A stretch of DNA of 64,000 bases, taken from NCBI RefSeq assembly GCF_037042905.1, contig NC_087245.1:34722001-34786000 (forward strand). Reading direction: 5' to 3'. Made by a program: the position numbers and the translations under genes. Under the pieces are notes generated by a model. That model worked only from the letters and a program-made list of their open reading frames with translations, ran no database searches and was not told the DNA's origin. The stretch comes from Lytechinus pictus. Taxonomy: Eukaryota. Within the stretch, counting starts at the first letter, position 1. Each line of letters opens with the position of its first letter. Positions 25,806-40,614 of this stretch are shown piece by piece.

Positions 25806-25978
25806 TTTACCAAGCTAGTAAGGCTTCAAATTACCTATATTCAATACTAGGTAAAATTTTCCTGATACTATAAAGGAACACTCCTTAAAATGCCAATTTT
25901 CTTAACCCCAAAAGTAGGAATGTTGGAATTAAATTAGAAGACTTGGCAGATATGAATTCAGGGGTTATTAGATCCTAC

Positions 25979-26101
25979 CTGCTTCCGTGTAGACTCTACC
26001 AAAGCGATAGTAACACATCTTATACATGAGGCAGTTGAGCAGAGTTGGTGAACCATCTCTATCAATACGGAACTCTCCATGAGGTGTATAATAGTCAGAT
26101 T
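25979..26101 (-). CDS. STT3A: STT3A coding exon 14
   Basis: cactag acceptor, gtagga donor; (E)[40 protein letters not shown]; 123 nt. Confidence 0.93.
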
Positions 26102-26485
26102 CTAGTGCATGAAAACAAAGACAAAAGAGTAAAGGTGTAACATTATTTTTTTTTATCTTTGCAGTTTTTATTCGTCACAAAAACAATCAAAATATACAAA
26201 ACATTTGTTGCACTTCAATTAAACAGAACATTGATACAAACTGTGTAAGTACATAAAAAATATCCTAAATAAATTGCTCTGTACTCAGAATAATTTAACT
26301 TGTACCCCAGTCCTGTCGACAGGACGATCCATAAACCCCAAAAAAGGGTACGGTATTCCTACATTATGCCATTTTTCATTATGGAAATATCAACTAGAAA
26401 TAGATCCACTGGCCTTACGTGAAGAACATACAACAACGGGATGCCAGTGGCAAATGTATCCAAGGCTTGAATTTTGTTTGAAAGT

Positions 26486-26574
26486 AAATCACTACAAAAG
26501 AACAAAGTCCCTTTGACGGGATCCCTGGAAAATCACTACAAAAGAACAAAGTCCCTTTGACGGGATCCCTGGAA
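26486..26574. repeat. Perfect 44-bp tandem duplication
   Basis: AAATCACTACAAAAGAACAAAGTCCCTTTGACGGGATCCCTGGA twice. Confidence 0.85.
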
Positions 26575-28003
26575 GCTCTTGGGTTCTAAATGCTCTCTGA
26601 TGCAATCTTAGAATATCTGTGGAATGAGGGGTCTTTTTTCATATATTTAACAAATTTTATAATAAACAAGTGGAAAGCCTCTAGCAATCTCACCTGCATT
26701 ACATGATTCAATATAGCAGCAGTGCTGACTTTGAAAAAAACAAATACTGAATTTATTCACAAAAACACCACTCATATCGTAAGGTTTGAAAATTGTAAGT
26801 TTAGTTCAGGGGTAAAAATGATAAAGTTCTCATTTGTAGCTAAAATCAATCAATCATCAAACCAAAGGGAAAATAAGTGAAACTAGGAGAAGACACAAAT
26901 AAACTGAAGTTATGTGAATTTTTTAAAATATGCATAAATTAGCATAAACAAATTTCGAATAGAAATTTCAAAATTCTGTGTATAAGTTAGGCGAACCTCA
27001 TGAATCAAAATCAGAATCGGTCAAAAAATTAAGAAGGAGAAACAATTTTCTAAGACCAATAGGTGAGTGACAAGTCTCATATTCATCACCAGAAAAGTGA
27101 GTATACTCATGTAGTACGATCAGAAGATATTCAAGGGACCGTATCAATAAAGGCCAATTGGCCTGTATTCTGCGGTCCAGTTTAAAGTGATTGGTTAACA
27201 TTGGTTTGACTTTTAAAAAATCTGAGCTAGAAGGTCACACTTGTCACCTGTGTCTGTGATATGTTACAAAAATGAAGCCCAGAAAAAATTGCGTTCGAAA
27301 ATAATTATTTAGTGCTTCAAAAATTGAAATAAAAAGTGAACGAAAACACCATCTTAATTTCATCCCATACACTTATGTGTACTATTTAGGCGTCTATTAG
27401 ATGCCTATTTACAAAATCTGTGTTTGCCTTGTAGTTTTAGCTTTTCATTCTCAATAATGGTTGTTTTCAGGGTTTATTAGTTCTAATACATGCACTTGTA
27501 CACATGTTTTATCTTGGTTTGAGAATTTTTTAAATCGGCTGCTCACAAAGTTAAACAATACCTTTAACTTAGACCAAAATCTATATCCATGATCAAATCA
27601 TGAGAAGTAAAAAACTATCAATAATTTGTTTACATTATACACAGTAATTAGATGTAAGTATTCCTGATTCACGACAAAGTGCACAGTATATCAAGCACAT
27701 TATCCACTAGAACCAGAAATACCTATCCAGTTTAATGGATTTTATTTAGCGAGATGAAAAAAGGCCTGACCCACTAACACTAGGTTTGCCAGAGTGTTAC
27801 TCGCATGAAAAGGAAACTACATCGGGCAAATCATAACCACATAATGCTACATCTAAAAGAAGAAATCTTGTGATTTTGGGCAAATGAATCATTGATATTC
27901 ACCCTTTTCATGCTTTAGGGGATCTATTATCTTGATTTCACAAAAAGAGATCGTTAGGTCTAGAATGTGGCCCAAAAGCATAAAAATGGTGAATATCAAA
28001 CTA

Positions 28004-28219
<216 letters not shown>

Positions 28220-28420
28220 CTAATAACTTTCTTAATCCTTAAGTGCAGATTTTCCTCTAACCTTTGAACACTAATATTTACCATTGTTTTTTCTTCTATT
28301 TCTACAACAAACTTTTCTTCAGGGTGAACTTCCCCTTTAAGATTTCAATGTTGACAATTAATGCTGCCGCCATCCAAAAGTGGCGCCTATAGTCTGGTTC
28401 TGTATGTATTCAAATCTTAC

Positions 28421-28523
28421 CATCTGAAGAGTATCCAATAAGTCCACCGAAAATCACAAGAACATAGTCTACATCCAGCTCTCTCATAATGCCATAAGCA
28501 TGGTCTTCAGGTGATGCCATGGC
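28421..28523 (-). CDS. STT3A: STT3A coding exon 12
   Basis: ctgcag acceptor, gtaaga donor; [34 protein letters not shown]; 103 nt. Confidence 0.95.
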
Positions 28524-29757
28524 CTGCAGATGGAATAAAGCAAAAACATATTGACACATGAAATAACATATCATAACAAAATTGCATGTTTAGGGGACTG
28601 ATTGTAGAGACAGGTAGCATTTTAGAAAGAACATAACAACTTCCAGGCAATTCTGTAAAGTATACAGGATGCTACGGCTATATAACTTCTTTGAAGCACT
28701 TGCCAGGTCGGGCAACTAAATTTCTAAATAGTTGCCCCAAAATATATTTCACTTGCTCGAAAAAAATCCTTCAAAACAACAAAGAATGAAAAAAAAGGAA
28801 TGAAAGTAAAAATGAAGGAAAGAAAAGGGTTTCTTTAATTCTTTGAAAGAAAGATAGATAGAAAACAAGAAAAATATGAAGGAAGGATATAGCAACAAAG
28901 GAAAGAAAGAATAAAGGAAAAGTAAGAAAGAAGGAAAGAAGAAAATAGAGAGGAAGGAGAGAATGAAGGAAAGAAAGAAAATAATGGAAGGAAGGACAGA
29001 ATAAAAAGAGAAAGGCGGAAAAAAAGAATGCTAGGAAATGAAAGGAAAGGGAGGAGATAGTACATCAAAGCAGAGAGAGGGGTTATAGAAACAAGAAAAA
29101 TATATAGAAAGAGAGAGACGGCGAGAAAGAGAGAGATCAAGTGCTATTAATCGCTCTTACAAATGATGTTTCAGAGCAATTTTAACTCGACATGTACTTG
29201 TGGTCTCAAAAGAATGACGGCGAGAAAAAGAGAGAGAGAGAGAGAGATCAAGTGCTATTAATCACTCTTACAAATGATGTATCAGAGCAATTTTTAATTC
29301 GACACGTACTGGTGGTCTCAAAAAAATGTGCGAAACTTGAACATCACAACTTCCAGGCAATTCTGTAAAGTGTACAGGATGCTACGGCTATATAACTTTT
29401 TTAAAGCACTTGCCAAGCCGGGCAAGTGAATTTATAAATAGTTGCCCCAAAATAAATTTCACTTGCTTGAAAAAATCCTTCAAATGAATGAAGGAGAGAA
29501 ATAAAAAAAGGAATGAAAGTTAAATGAAGGAAAGAAAAGGGTTTCTTTAATTCTTTGAAAGAAAGATAGATAGATAGAATGAGAAGAATGTGAAGGAAGG
29601 AAATAGCGGGGCAGCAGAAAAATTTGTGTGATAGAACGGTCACAAAAATGAGGGGGGGAGGATTCAACCCCTCCCCCTGTCCATTACAGAGTATAACTTG
29701 ACTGGAGGCATTTTGTATGCAAAATATTCTCCATTGAGAAAAGGTCAACACACTCAC

Positions 29758-29874
29758 CTGGCCCACACGTGATATGTGAGTATTATTCCACGTATTATTG
29801 TCCACTAATATTGTCCGATTCGCCATCGCTGTTATCTGATACCCATAATCCCACCATGACATTACCTTGGAATT
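29758..29874 (-). CDS. STT3A: STT3A coding exon 11 (WWDYG motif)
   Basis: ttctag acceptor, gtgagt donor; [39 protein letters not shown]; 117 nt. Confidence 0.97.
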
Positions 29875-30061
29875 CTAGAAATGATATAAAACAAAAGAAA
29901 TTAGCGCATTACATGATCACCAGGCTGCTAAATCTTTCAGCCACATAATAATTGTCATTATTTTCTTCCTACTTTTTCCCTCCTCATTTTTCTAAAATCA
30001 ATACTTTTCTACTTGTATGAAGCAATTTGAAAGTGATAACAGGTCACTTTCAACACATATC

Positions 30062-30974
30062 ATGGGTCAATCCATGTCAAATCAACCAATGCTTGTCACC
30101 CGACCCCCTCCGATTTTCTTTAAACTCGCACCAAATGTGCCCCCAAATGTCTGATGGAGAATTCTGAAATATTTTGCCCCAAGGTCAAATGGTTGCTAAG
30201 ATACGGCCTCCCTCAGAGGTTGCCAAGATACGGCCTCCCTTAGCAACCAATGCGCGGCCAAACAATCAATTTGAAATAAAATTCGCTATTTTTGATTGAA
30301 TGCTTGAGCCAAGTTTGATGAAGTAGTGTACCGGTACTCATTTTATGTAAATTGGAAGAACTTTATAGTCTTAACATGGGCAGTATATTATGGCGCGGAT
30401 CTGACCAGCCGTTACTGCGTACAAGGTCGCCGAAAATGGTGTTAAGTGTCCAAGTCAATGTTTTTGGGAGCACATTTGGAGGCTCATAACTACTAAATTC
30501 AATTACATTAGAACCGAATATAACGCATATTTCAAGACTATGACTTGCTCAAAAGACCTACAAAAAATTGGCCAAAACATGCGTGTCGATTTCTTGTAGG
30601 GCGCCCTCAAAATTGATTTTTTTTTTTCTCTCCAAAATTTGCCAAGTTCAAGGTCACAAATCGTCTCTCATCCCATCAAGGACCTACACCAATTTCTGTA
30701 TACTGATAGACATTTACCAATATTTTCATGGGATACTTAAATTTTTTTGTGACCGAAATGTTTTTTGAAAATTGTCATAAACACCCCAAAATCAATGTAA
30801 AACAACACATACAAGTTTTCAGCACATTTTAAAGTGGGAATATCAAAAATGTAAAGGCAACAAACACTGGTATTGTCTGTAATGGTAGTCTGTAATTAGT
30901 CCTAAAAGGATATGCATCACAAATAGTTTGGCTTATTATATAAATATTTCAGATTTTTCTGTGGATTGACCCAT
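30062..30974. mobile_element. Unclassified non-autonomous DNA element
   Basis: TIR ATGGGTCAATCCA / TGGATTGACCCAT. Confidence 0.55.
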
Positions 30975-31433
30975 ATTCATCTTGTATTCAACTTGCTTCC
31001 AATATATCTTTTCAACCTATTTACAATAAATATTCAACCTGTGGGCAATTCCATGAAATACGCACGTCCAACCCCATGTATGTGGGACCTTCATGAAATT
31101 TTCTGTCCCTGATTTCTGGTCCTTATGACAGTCTGTAATGCTCTCAAATGACCATTACTTGGTCAGTTAATGAAGTAAAGTAAGAATTTAAAAAAAATAG
31201 GGTTTAGACATACAAAAAGGTTGATTTTTTAAAACAGAATTGCCCTCATACTTCCCTATATTCAACATAATTCAATTTCAAACAACCTATTTCTCCTATT
31301 TTAACAAACCAACATCATTATCATTTAACAAGTTATATATTATATTGTTGTAGGGGGCAAATGACATCCGATAGAGAAATCACTCTGACCCTAAGCTCGT
31401 GATGGTAAATACCAATACGATGCATATCTTTAC

Positions 31434-31622
31434 CTCGTGTGTGTTTTGTCTTAGCCAATAGTAAGCTTCGCGGAAGTCGTCAAAGATAATCCTACCACCG
31501 TCTCCGGCCCTTGCCGACAAGACAATGGAAGGAGAAGAATAGGCCTCGGACGTGACCCAGGTGCAGTGGAAGGTGTACGTGATGAGGAAGAAAGTCATGA
31601 GGAGAATGACTGCTGTTGCAAC
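31434..31622 (-). CDS. STT3A: STT3A coding exon 10
   Basis: caacag acceptor, gtaaag donor; VATAVILL...[17 protein letters not shown]...[16 protein letters not shown]; 189 nt. Confidence 0.96.
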
Positions 31623-31635
31623 CTGTTGACATGAA

Positions 31636-31936
31636 ATAATAATAATAGTAATAATAATAATAATAGGCATTTATATAGCGCCATCTATCTAGAAATATTC
31701 TATTCCAAGGCGCGTTGTTATTATTATTACTACCCCTGTTTTAGCTCGAGCTGCCTTTCAGCGATCATGCATTCAAGGAATTAATCCTGCCGGGTACCCA
31801 TTCACCTCACCTGGGTTGAGTGCAGCACAATGTGGATGAATTTCTTGCTGAAGGAAATTACACCATGGCTGGGATTCAAACCCACGACCCTCTGTTTCAA
31901 AGTCAAAAGACCAATCCACTGGGCCACAATGCTCCA
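31636..31936 (-). mobile_element. tRNA-headed CORE-like SINE with L2-type (TTA)n tail
   Basis: Minus strand: A-box TGGCCCAGTGG, B-box GGTTTGAATCC, CAACCCAGGTGAGGTGAATGGGTACC, GCGCTATATAAATGCC(TAT)n. Confidence 0.85.
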
Positions 31937-33356
31937 CATAAAGAAGGGTAAATTGCTAATAGTCTACACTTGCCTCATCTACTTTCCATGTGGTGAAATT
32001 GCCATCTACCCCTGACCATTTGATTTGATTTCCAGTATAGCTATACCCATATTGTCTATTTGCCCCCCCCCCTCCCCCTCTCTCTATGTAATAATTCCCT
32101 CTGTACCTCAGAATAGGAAACTAGATAGAAGGCACACCCTAAATGCTATATATTATCATTATAATACCAAGTGCCTTGAGCACATAATCTGGATTTGGTG
32201 TTTTAGAAATACTCTATGTTATTATTTTTATTTTTATTACTATTAATATTATTATATTTTATAAACCAAATTTAGACTAGATGAGAATTAGACCAAGTGT
32301 CGTGTAGAGCAATAAGACTAAACTGATGGAAAACCAAATGAATTTTGCCCATTTAATATTGGAGTACATGAGAAGTAGACTGAATGAATGTAAACCAACA
32401 AATAGTACATAGTTATATTACATTGAATGGCTCAGAATGGAATACCAGAAATATTCCAAGAGTTTGGGCAAACATTTATGTAACACTTTTTCACTGGACA
32501 AGCTCAAAGCGATTCATAATACAACAAACGGTAAAATTCTACTATCCAAGTGCTTACTCTGTATTATATAAAGGAGATATTACTGAGGAGGAAGAAATAG
32601 GTTTCTTAAACACCTTGTTTTTTAATACTCATACTGAGGATTGAAATGAACAGATGTTGATAGGGAAACTATTCCAGATACTGGGAACAGTGAAACTTTT
32701 ACATTGCTGACCTTTCTTGGAGTTCATTTTAGGAATTTATATAAAGGATCTGATCTAGAATATAATGAATAGTGAGATTGTTGGACTGGAGAAAATAAGC
32801 ATAAAATATATTGTGGTGTCAGGTTATTGAAGTACATGTACACAGACAAAGCAATTTTTATAAGTTTATAAGCAGTTCTTCTTCGGACCGGTAACCAGTG
32901 AAGTTCTTTGAACAATGAAGACACATACTAATATTTTCTGGCCATTGAAAGGCTGCATAATTTTGAACATGTCTGTTTATGTCCAAAATTTTGATATAAG
33001 ACAAATGAGAATTAAAGTTGTTTAGAGGTCCTGACACCAGTGAAGAGCATATATTTATAATACAATTTGAAGTAAAGATCTTGAAAATGTTATTTTAGCC
33101 ATTTTATTGGAGTAAATGGAAGAGTTGCCTTACATCAGCATGACATCCTTAATGCGACCAATTTGAAGTCTCCATGAGTGTAGCGATTACCAGTTTTTAT
33201 AACTTTTATAAAAATTCATTACTTTCTTGTTGTTTGTCTGATATTGTTCGAAAATTGCCTGGCTGCTTATCTGAATTTTCTTTTCAATCTAAAAACAAAT
33301 TTTTATGGGTTGGATTAATTATCTTTTAACAGTTTAACGTGGTAATGTCCACTAAC

Positions 33357-33527
33357 CTCATTCTTAATTGGGTAGGTGTTGTCACTGTACTCTTTCTTGG
33401 AAGATTTCTTCTCCTGTTTGGTAATGTCAAGGTTTTTCATGTAGGTGTTGAGGACAGACGAGATACCGATCCCAGACAGGATGCACATGACAGGTGCAAG
33501 AACCAACATAAGACGTACCATCACACC
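33357..33527 (-). CDS. STT3A: STT3A coding exon 9
   Basis: ttatag acceptor, gttagt donor; [21 protein letters not shown]...YPIKNE; 171 nt. Confidence 0.95.
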
Positions 33528-34090
33528 CTATAACAACATGAAACGAGAATCTCAGTGATTATTATTACCTGAATGAGGCACCTTAGAGAACAAATATTAA
33601 AACATATTGTCTGTCTAATTGATTACCTCAACAAAAAATCCACCACAATGACCTAACAAGGCTTCAGGTTTTTGACTAGGTCCGTTATGAAAGTTCCATC
33701 ATAAGTAATCGCAGGAATTTCAAAATTTGCTTAAAAGATAGTATAGGAAAAAGCGTAAGGGAAGGATTTGTGATGTAAATGACATAAAAAAGTTATGTCA
33801 TTTAAAAACTTAACCTTCTGTTAAGATTTGATGTTGATGCCGTCAGAAAAGCGGTGCATATATAGCCTCGCTCTACTTTGCAGGCAAGACAAAAACACAT
33901 ACTTGGGGGATACTTTTGGGAAGGGTGGATTACGCAAGTACAACATTCTTTTTGCCTATTGGGATAGTTGTCCTTGGTGAACATTTGCTAGATGCATGTA
34001 ATTCTTTGATTCCAAAATACAATGGTTAAGGTAGCCATAATAATAGGTTTTTTCTATATTGCTAAATCTGTGTACTAAGGTCATACTCAC

Positions 34091-34173
34091 CGAGAAATAG
34101 AGACTAGTGATACCATAGAGGACAACAAAGATGTTAGCATCAGTGAGCTTCAAGAAGCAGTAATACATGCCAA
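34091..34173 (-). CDS. STT3A: STT3A coding exon 8
   Basis: acacag acceptor, gtgagt donor; (V)GMYYCFLKLTDANIFVVLYGITSLYFS; 83 nt. Confidence 0.95.
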
Positions 34174-34269
34174 CTGTGTAAAAAGATAAACATATTTTGA
34201 TCAATGCAACAAAGGTACCTGTAAGAAAACTTGAACAGGGGATTCATCAACAACCTCCTGAGGCTGTTA

Positions 34270-35220
34270 GGTTGAATAGTGCATTATTCACGGATGACAC
34301 CGTTATCTCTTGTCCGATCTATGGCCCTGCAGATCAAGAGATTCTTCAAGATGACGTCAATGGCCTAGCTAGTTGGTGTGACAGAAACAAAATAAGTCTG
34401 AATAAGTCTCAAACTTAAGTCAAGAGAATAAATATCCTGGGAAAGGCATTATCTCAATGATACTCAGTTGGAGGAAGAATCCGAAATCAAATTCTTTGGT
34501 GTCATCATGAACAATCGTTTGAACTGTGATAGTCATGTTGGGATCTCTCGAGCGAATTGGTTACTCCTATGTGAGCACGAATAACTTGACACCTCACAAA
34601 TCCCCAAGTTTAGAAAAAAATATGTCATAAACGCATTTAATCCTTATCTATGGCTGGAAAGAGTACCGGTATCTTCTCCCAAATAATATGATACCATATA
34701 TAAGGGGTATGTGTTAACGCTTGGATGATCAGGAGGTATTCTTTGAAGCAGTGTTAATTTTGATTTGCACAAAAGTTAGGCATGACTGCACACATGACTC
34801 ACACGTTAAGTCTGATGACTAGCTTAGCCTCGGGACTATATTCATTGGCTGTTTTCACCTTTATATACAAGATTTTGGTCCTATCCATTCTTGAATTTGG
34901 CCTTCCCATATGGACACCTCACAAAGTGAGCTCAACCAACTGGCTTGGCAACTTCAAAGATTGAATTGGAAATCTCTCAAGTTAAAGAACTTACTTGACC
35001 CTTGTTTTATTGCGAAGTACCTATTTAAACATACCCAGTGCCCTGTTGTAGTGACGAACACAAGTCATTTGGATGACCCGAGGTTCAAGCATCTCCTTGC
35101 ACGCATTGATAGTTTGCATTTCAACCTATCTCATGAGTTCCCCAGACTCTGGAACTCTTTACCTTCTGACCTGTGGAACTCTATCCTTACTGTGTCTCTT
35201 TCCACGTAGTGCAATGACTT
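34270..35220 (+). mobile_element. Highly degenerate LINE RT fragment(s)
   Basis: LFTDDTVI...LQDDVNGLASWCDRNKISLN, YKILVLSILEFG..IWTP, PRLWNSLP. Confidence 0.65.
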
Positions 35221-35583
35221 ATCTTGTCAATGCAAATTAAGTGATCAAATTTGATATTCAATTCAATTCATCTTTATTTCACAAGCCTATTAAAAAGACT
35301 CTTTTAAAAACAATATAAATACAGTATAAACAGTTCAAAGATGACAATGTAGAACAGCTCATCACAGAATATGTAGATGTTCCATAATGCATTGAGGTAA
35401 AATAAAATACATGATAACTAATCACTACAGTGAAAAGGAAAAATAAAAAAAAGTGTTCTAAAAATAATGAAAAACTTGTGAAACACACCTAAAAAGGCCT
35501 AGAGGCCTGCAGGCAAGGTAGCCTGATAAAGAAAAAATAGCTCTAGATAAAAGAAAAGAACACAGGGTTAGAGCAAGAGGCTG

Positions 35584-36797
35584 AACAAGAGTGTCGCTAA
35601 GGCGAGCACATAATACGCCCGCCTGTAAAGCGGAAAATTGAGTTATTGGTCAAGCAAGAAAAGTGGAAGGTGGCGACTTCACCTTTGACTGTCGGACCTC
35701 AAAATCCAGAGGTTAAGTTCAACTAAAGTTATCGCGTTAACAAGGACTTCAGAGGGGTAAGATGAAAACATGTCAGTATGACCTTGACCTTTTGACCTAA
35801 AAATCAATAGGCTTCCTGGGATCATGCTAGTATCATACACACCAAATTATATGAGCCTAGGTTAAGTTAAAGTAAAGTTATCGCATTAACAATGACTTCG
35901 GAAGGGTAAGATGCAAACATGTCACTGTGATCTTGACCTTAGATGTTTTGACCTAAAAATCAATAGGCTTCCTGGGATCCATCCTAGTATTATACCCACC
36001 AAATTATATGAGCCTAGGTTAAGTTAAAGTAAAGTAATCGCATTAACAATGACTTTGGAAGGGTAAAGGCCACCGCACATCTTACGACTGGTCGGCGACT
36101 CGATTTCAGAATAAAATGTAGTAGAATTTGATGCTAATATTGAGACTTGGAATATCTTACTGTGTAATGTTCTAAATCATTGTACGAATACCTATGTTCA
36201 AATCTGTGACTATGCTATCATCCTCCTTAGAATAAAAGCGAATTCAATATTTAGTCGTAATGACGTCATAGCAGTCGTACGATTGACTACGATTTGAAAC
36301 TAATTTGGCCTTTACTAAAAAATAAAAGCTTGCAATCTTTCAAAATGGTTATATTAGTATTCTTTCAATTGATTTCAACCTCAAATAAAATGATATGTTC
36401 CATTCACATTTTCAGAAAATAAGCAAAATGCGATTTGTTCCAAAATCGGATCGCGAACAGTCGTAAGGTGTGCGGTGGCCTTAAGATGCAAACATGTCAC
36501 TGTGATCTTGACCTTAGATGTTTTGACCTAAAAATCAATAGGCTTCCTGGGATCCATCCTAGTATTATACCCACCAAATTATATGAGCCTAGGTTAAGTA
36601 AAACTAAAGTTATCGCGTTTACAAGGACTGCAGAAGAGAGATGAAAAAATGTCACTGTGACCATGAACTTTGACCTTATGACCTCAAATCAATAGGCTTC
36701 CTGGGATCCATGCTAGTATCATACACACCAAACTGAAGTTATCGCATTTACAAGGAATGCGGAAGGGTAAGATGAAAACATGTCACTGTGACCTTCA
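35584..36797. repeat. HINE-like element with an internal ~156-bp tandem array (about 4.5 units)
   Basis: AATCAATAGGCTTCCTGGGATC recurs at ~35810, 35966, 36541 and 36696; AACAAG-hairpin terminus at 35584. Confidence 0.7.
36067..36481. mobile_element. PIF/Harbinger-type MITE inserted in the tandem array
   Basis: 24-bp TIR AGGCCACCGCACAYCTTACGACTG; TAA TSD. Sister units show the empty site GAAGGGTAAGATG. Confidence 0.85.
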
Positions 36798-36827
36798 GCA
36801 TAATGATCATAATGATCACCCTCATCA

Positions 36828-37425
<598 letters not shown>

Positions 37426-37582
37426 TGCCTGTTGCTGAGAGATAAGCTGTTACAGTTGCTAGGGCGGCACCGAATACTAGAACAGCACTTCGGATGAGAA
37501 TGTTGAAGTACTGTGTGCTCAGACGTGACCTTACATACTCCACAAAGCAGTAGATCTGACACAGTCCAAACACACCCAGAGC
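37426..37582 (-). CDS. STT3A: STT3A coding exon 6
   Basis: tttacag acceptor, gtatcc donor; ALGVFGLCQIYCFVEYVRSRL...YLSATG; 157 nt. Confidence 0.92.
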
Positions 37583-38120
37583 CTGTAAAAAACAAAGGCA
37601 GTAGAAGGATCAATCTGTGGTCACAAGTTTTAAAAAGTATTGAAATCGCACTTCCCACTAGAATCTTTATAAGATTACATTACAATATATCTTGTGGTAT
37701 AACATTGTTCGCTGACTTGTTTCATTCGTAGATAAGAACACCCCTTAAGCCCACCAAACCTGAAACCTCTACAGATTTATAAAAGTTCCTCTTCTATCCA
37801 AGTACTGTAAGAATCGATACATGTACTATAAGAATAAAAAGATTTTAAAATATTATATCTGTCAAAATAATAATGAACAGGCAATGGTCTACACCATCAC
37901 ATGACCAAAGATAGTTCCCAAATTGAGAAAAATGCCATGAATCCCAACATCTGATGTCACAAGAAGGGAATAATACCCTGAGCCGTAAATAGTTTTTGAA
38001 CTATTTACGGCTTAAATGATGACACTGATGGGTTTCCATAGAGTTACGATTGATCGGATCGATCGTAACTCTTTGTAAGACGGGCCGCTGGACTACTGAC
38101 TAACTAGCATTCATACTCAC

Positions 38121-38312
38121 AGCCATGTGTTCGGAGGACTGGACTGGTTGGAATCCAACAAAGGGGATCTGCATGGAGAGGATGGTACCAAGACAGTAGA
38201 CAGTGCAGTACACCACGTAGATCCTGTGGGTGAAGCGTCCAGTGGCCATCAGGGCTAGGGTGTGCATTGGGATCAGGTTGATGAGGAAAACGTAGCCTCC
38301 CCACGAGGAAAC
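38121..38312 (-). CDS. STT3A: STT3A coding exon 5
   Basis: ttgctag acceptor, gtgagt donor; [15 protein letters not shown]...[18 protein letters not shown]; 192 nt. Confidence 0.96.
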
Positions 38313-38319
38313 CTAGCAA

Positions 38320-38563
38320 ATAATAATAATAATAATGTATAGCGAATATCACATTATGAATAATGTCTCTATGCGCTTCCAAAGGACTTGGATATTATTA
38401 CCCCAGCTGTAGCTTGGCAGCCCTAATTACTCAGATTACAGTGCACACGCATTTCAAGGAATAAATTCCTGCCAGGTACCCATTCACCTCACCTGGGTTG
38501 AGTGCAGCAAAATGTGGATGAATTACTTGCTGAAGGAAATTACGCCATGGCTGGGATTTGCAA
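38320..38563 (-). mobile_element. 5'-truncated CORE-like SINE related to the 31636-31936 copy
   Basis: Shares GGTACCCATTCACCTCACCTGGGTTGAGTGCAGCA...GCTGAAGGAAATTAC with that copy; (TTA)n tail. Confidence 0.85.
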
Positions 38564-39851
38564 CCAGGGCCCAGTAACACAAAAGATTGTGATGGATTCA
38601 AAATATGACAGAACCATCCTGCTTGGTTGCTTGTATTTTGAACAAAATAGCCTGCAACTGTGACATTGATTGGCCATTATAATATAGTGACTGATTTGCG
38701 AATATTTTGGTTTACCGGGTATTGAGCCCTGCTAGTGTCCACAATGTTTGGCATGAATAAACTAGCTGTTTAATACTGAGGTACTTGCATACACTCACCT
38801 AATTAGTTCATGAATTCAGATCTTGACCCCTTCCTATGCAGTATGTCTGCTGCATTTCCTTAAAGCAATACTGATATCATTTGTTTGTGGGAATTTAATC
38901 TAAAAGATTCGAAGATTTCTTAAGTCACTTGATTTTTTTTTTTCAAGCCATAATGTATGTATTTTTTAAAAGTATGCACATTTTTAGAAATAAGAAATGG
39001 TAGCCCTTTTAAGGATCACATATACATGAAAATGAAACTTATTCAGCATAGTATAAAATGAACAAAAAAATCTACATATTAATAATCTTGATATCGGATT
39101 GGTCAAAAGTCAAACACGAGATGAAGCTTAGTTTCGCCATCAACCATCACTCGTGGTGATGGAGTTTTTGTGTTTTGCTGATCACTTCAGGCAAAAGAGT
39201 CAGAACTAATTATTTTGTGTATGTGAGAAATAGCACTCCATTTTTTGGTTCCATCTTTTTTCATCACATGCAGCAACTACCTTACATGGTCTAGATATAT
39301 GCACAATGATACGCACTATCAAGTGCACTCCCCTCAGTTGTTTTATTGCGAGGGTTAAATTCCTTTGTGAGCTCACAATCATCTTGCTTGAGCAGATCGA
39401 GAAGCGTGTACAGTTTACATACATTAAAACAAGCGTCGACTCAAGTGATTTTTTTTTCTCATGGAAACCTCAATTTTCTAAAAGATCGAAATTCCTTCTG
39501 GTAGAGAAATGTGTATATTGCTTACTCCTTTTATAGTGGTTTAAGATGTGAAAGATAAAGCAGATAATTACCTCTTCATTTCAGGAGACTGGGCCAACTA
39601 TCATTTACTAAGCAAGCTGGAGGTATTATCAATCTCTCCTCAGCTTCACTTTGGAAAGATAGGTACATCCAGTTTACCTAAGAAGTGATAATTTGCCCAA
39701 CACCTTTTCCAAAAGTGATTATTTGCTTACCAGATGAATGGTTCATTCTTTAATCCCGAGGCATCAACCTGAATGCAATGACATCACGCCCCCACCCCCC
39801 CCCCCCCAAAAAAAAGAGGCAAAATCATCAGCAATAATCAGGAAATATTAC

Positions 39852-40049
39852 CATATAAAAGTAGGCCAGCGAGCAGAGAGCAGCCCAGAAGACAGATCCA
39901 GTTTTCACAGACTTGATCCAGAGTGCATATGTGAGCAGCATACAGAAGATGGCAATGCCCTCATTATCATAGGATCCAGCCACAGAACGGGATATGTAAC
40001 CAGGAACGATGGAGATCATGGCTGCTGCTACTAGACCAGCACCGGTATC
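39852..40049 (-). CDS. STT3A: STT3A coding exon 4 (DNE motif)
   Basis: ttctag acceptor, gtaata donor; [35 protein letters not shown]...LAYFYM; 198 nt. Confidence 0.97.
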
Positions 40050-40614
40050 CTAGAATAAACAAACCAAAATTGAAGAAAAAATATATACAGCTTGGTATTA
40101 AAAAGGGCCTAGATGTTTATTTCGAGATATGTTTGGGTAACATCACAATAAAATAATCATTCTTTAAACGGGGAGCAAACTGACCAACACTTAGTGTGGA
40201 CTCTTATTAAAAAAATAAAATAAAGTGCTCTTTAGGCTGCTGTTTCATTGATGCTTTAAAGTAAATGGCACTCCTAAATTGAATTTAATGGGGATATAAA
40301 TAAATTTATCAAATTTGGGGTCTTAAAGAATAAAATTATTTTAAGGAGTGCCTAGCCACATAACAAAACTCAGCGATTGATTGTGGGGCTAATAAGCCTT
40401 ATGACCACTGACCACGCTTTAATACGTTCAGGGCCTTGGGAGTATTTCATCAACGTTTTCGTCCAACAAATTGTCTGGTCAGACAACTTCCCTTGAATTT
40501 GATTGGCCGAGAGGCACTGTGACGATGGTAACTGTCGGATAAAACGGGACTTGTCAGATAAAAGGTCTAACATTTCCTCTGAAAAAGTATTCTGCTGGTT
40601 TGATGTGATCTTAC

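Noticed and set aside
37427..37428. GC-AG donor at ACAG|GCAGTA for STT3A exon 6
   Set aside because: Poor GC-donor consensus, and it would give TEISPW instead of the conserved TGKISPW. The GTATCCTT site 3 nt downstream fits better.
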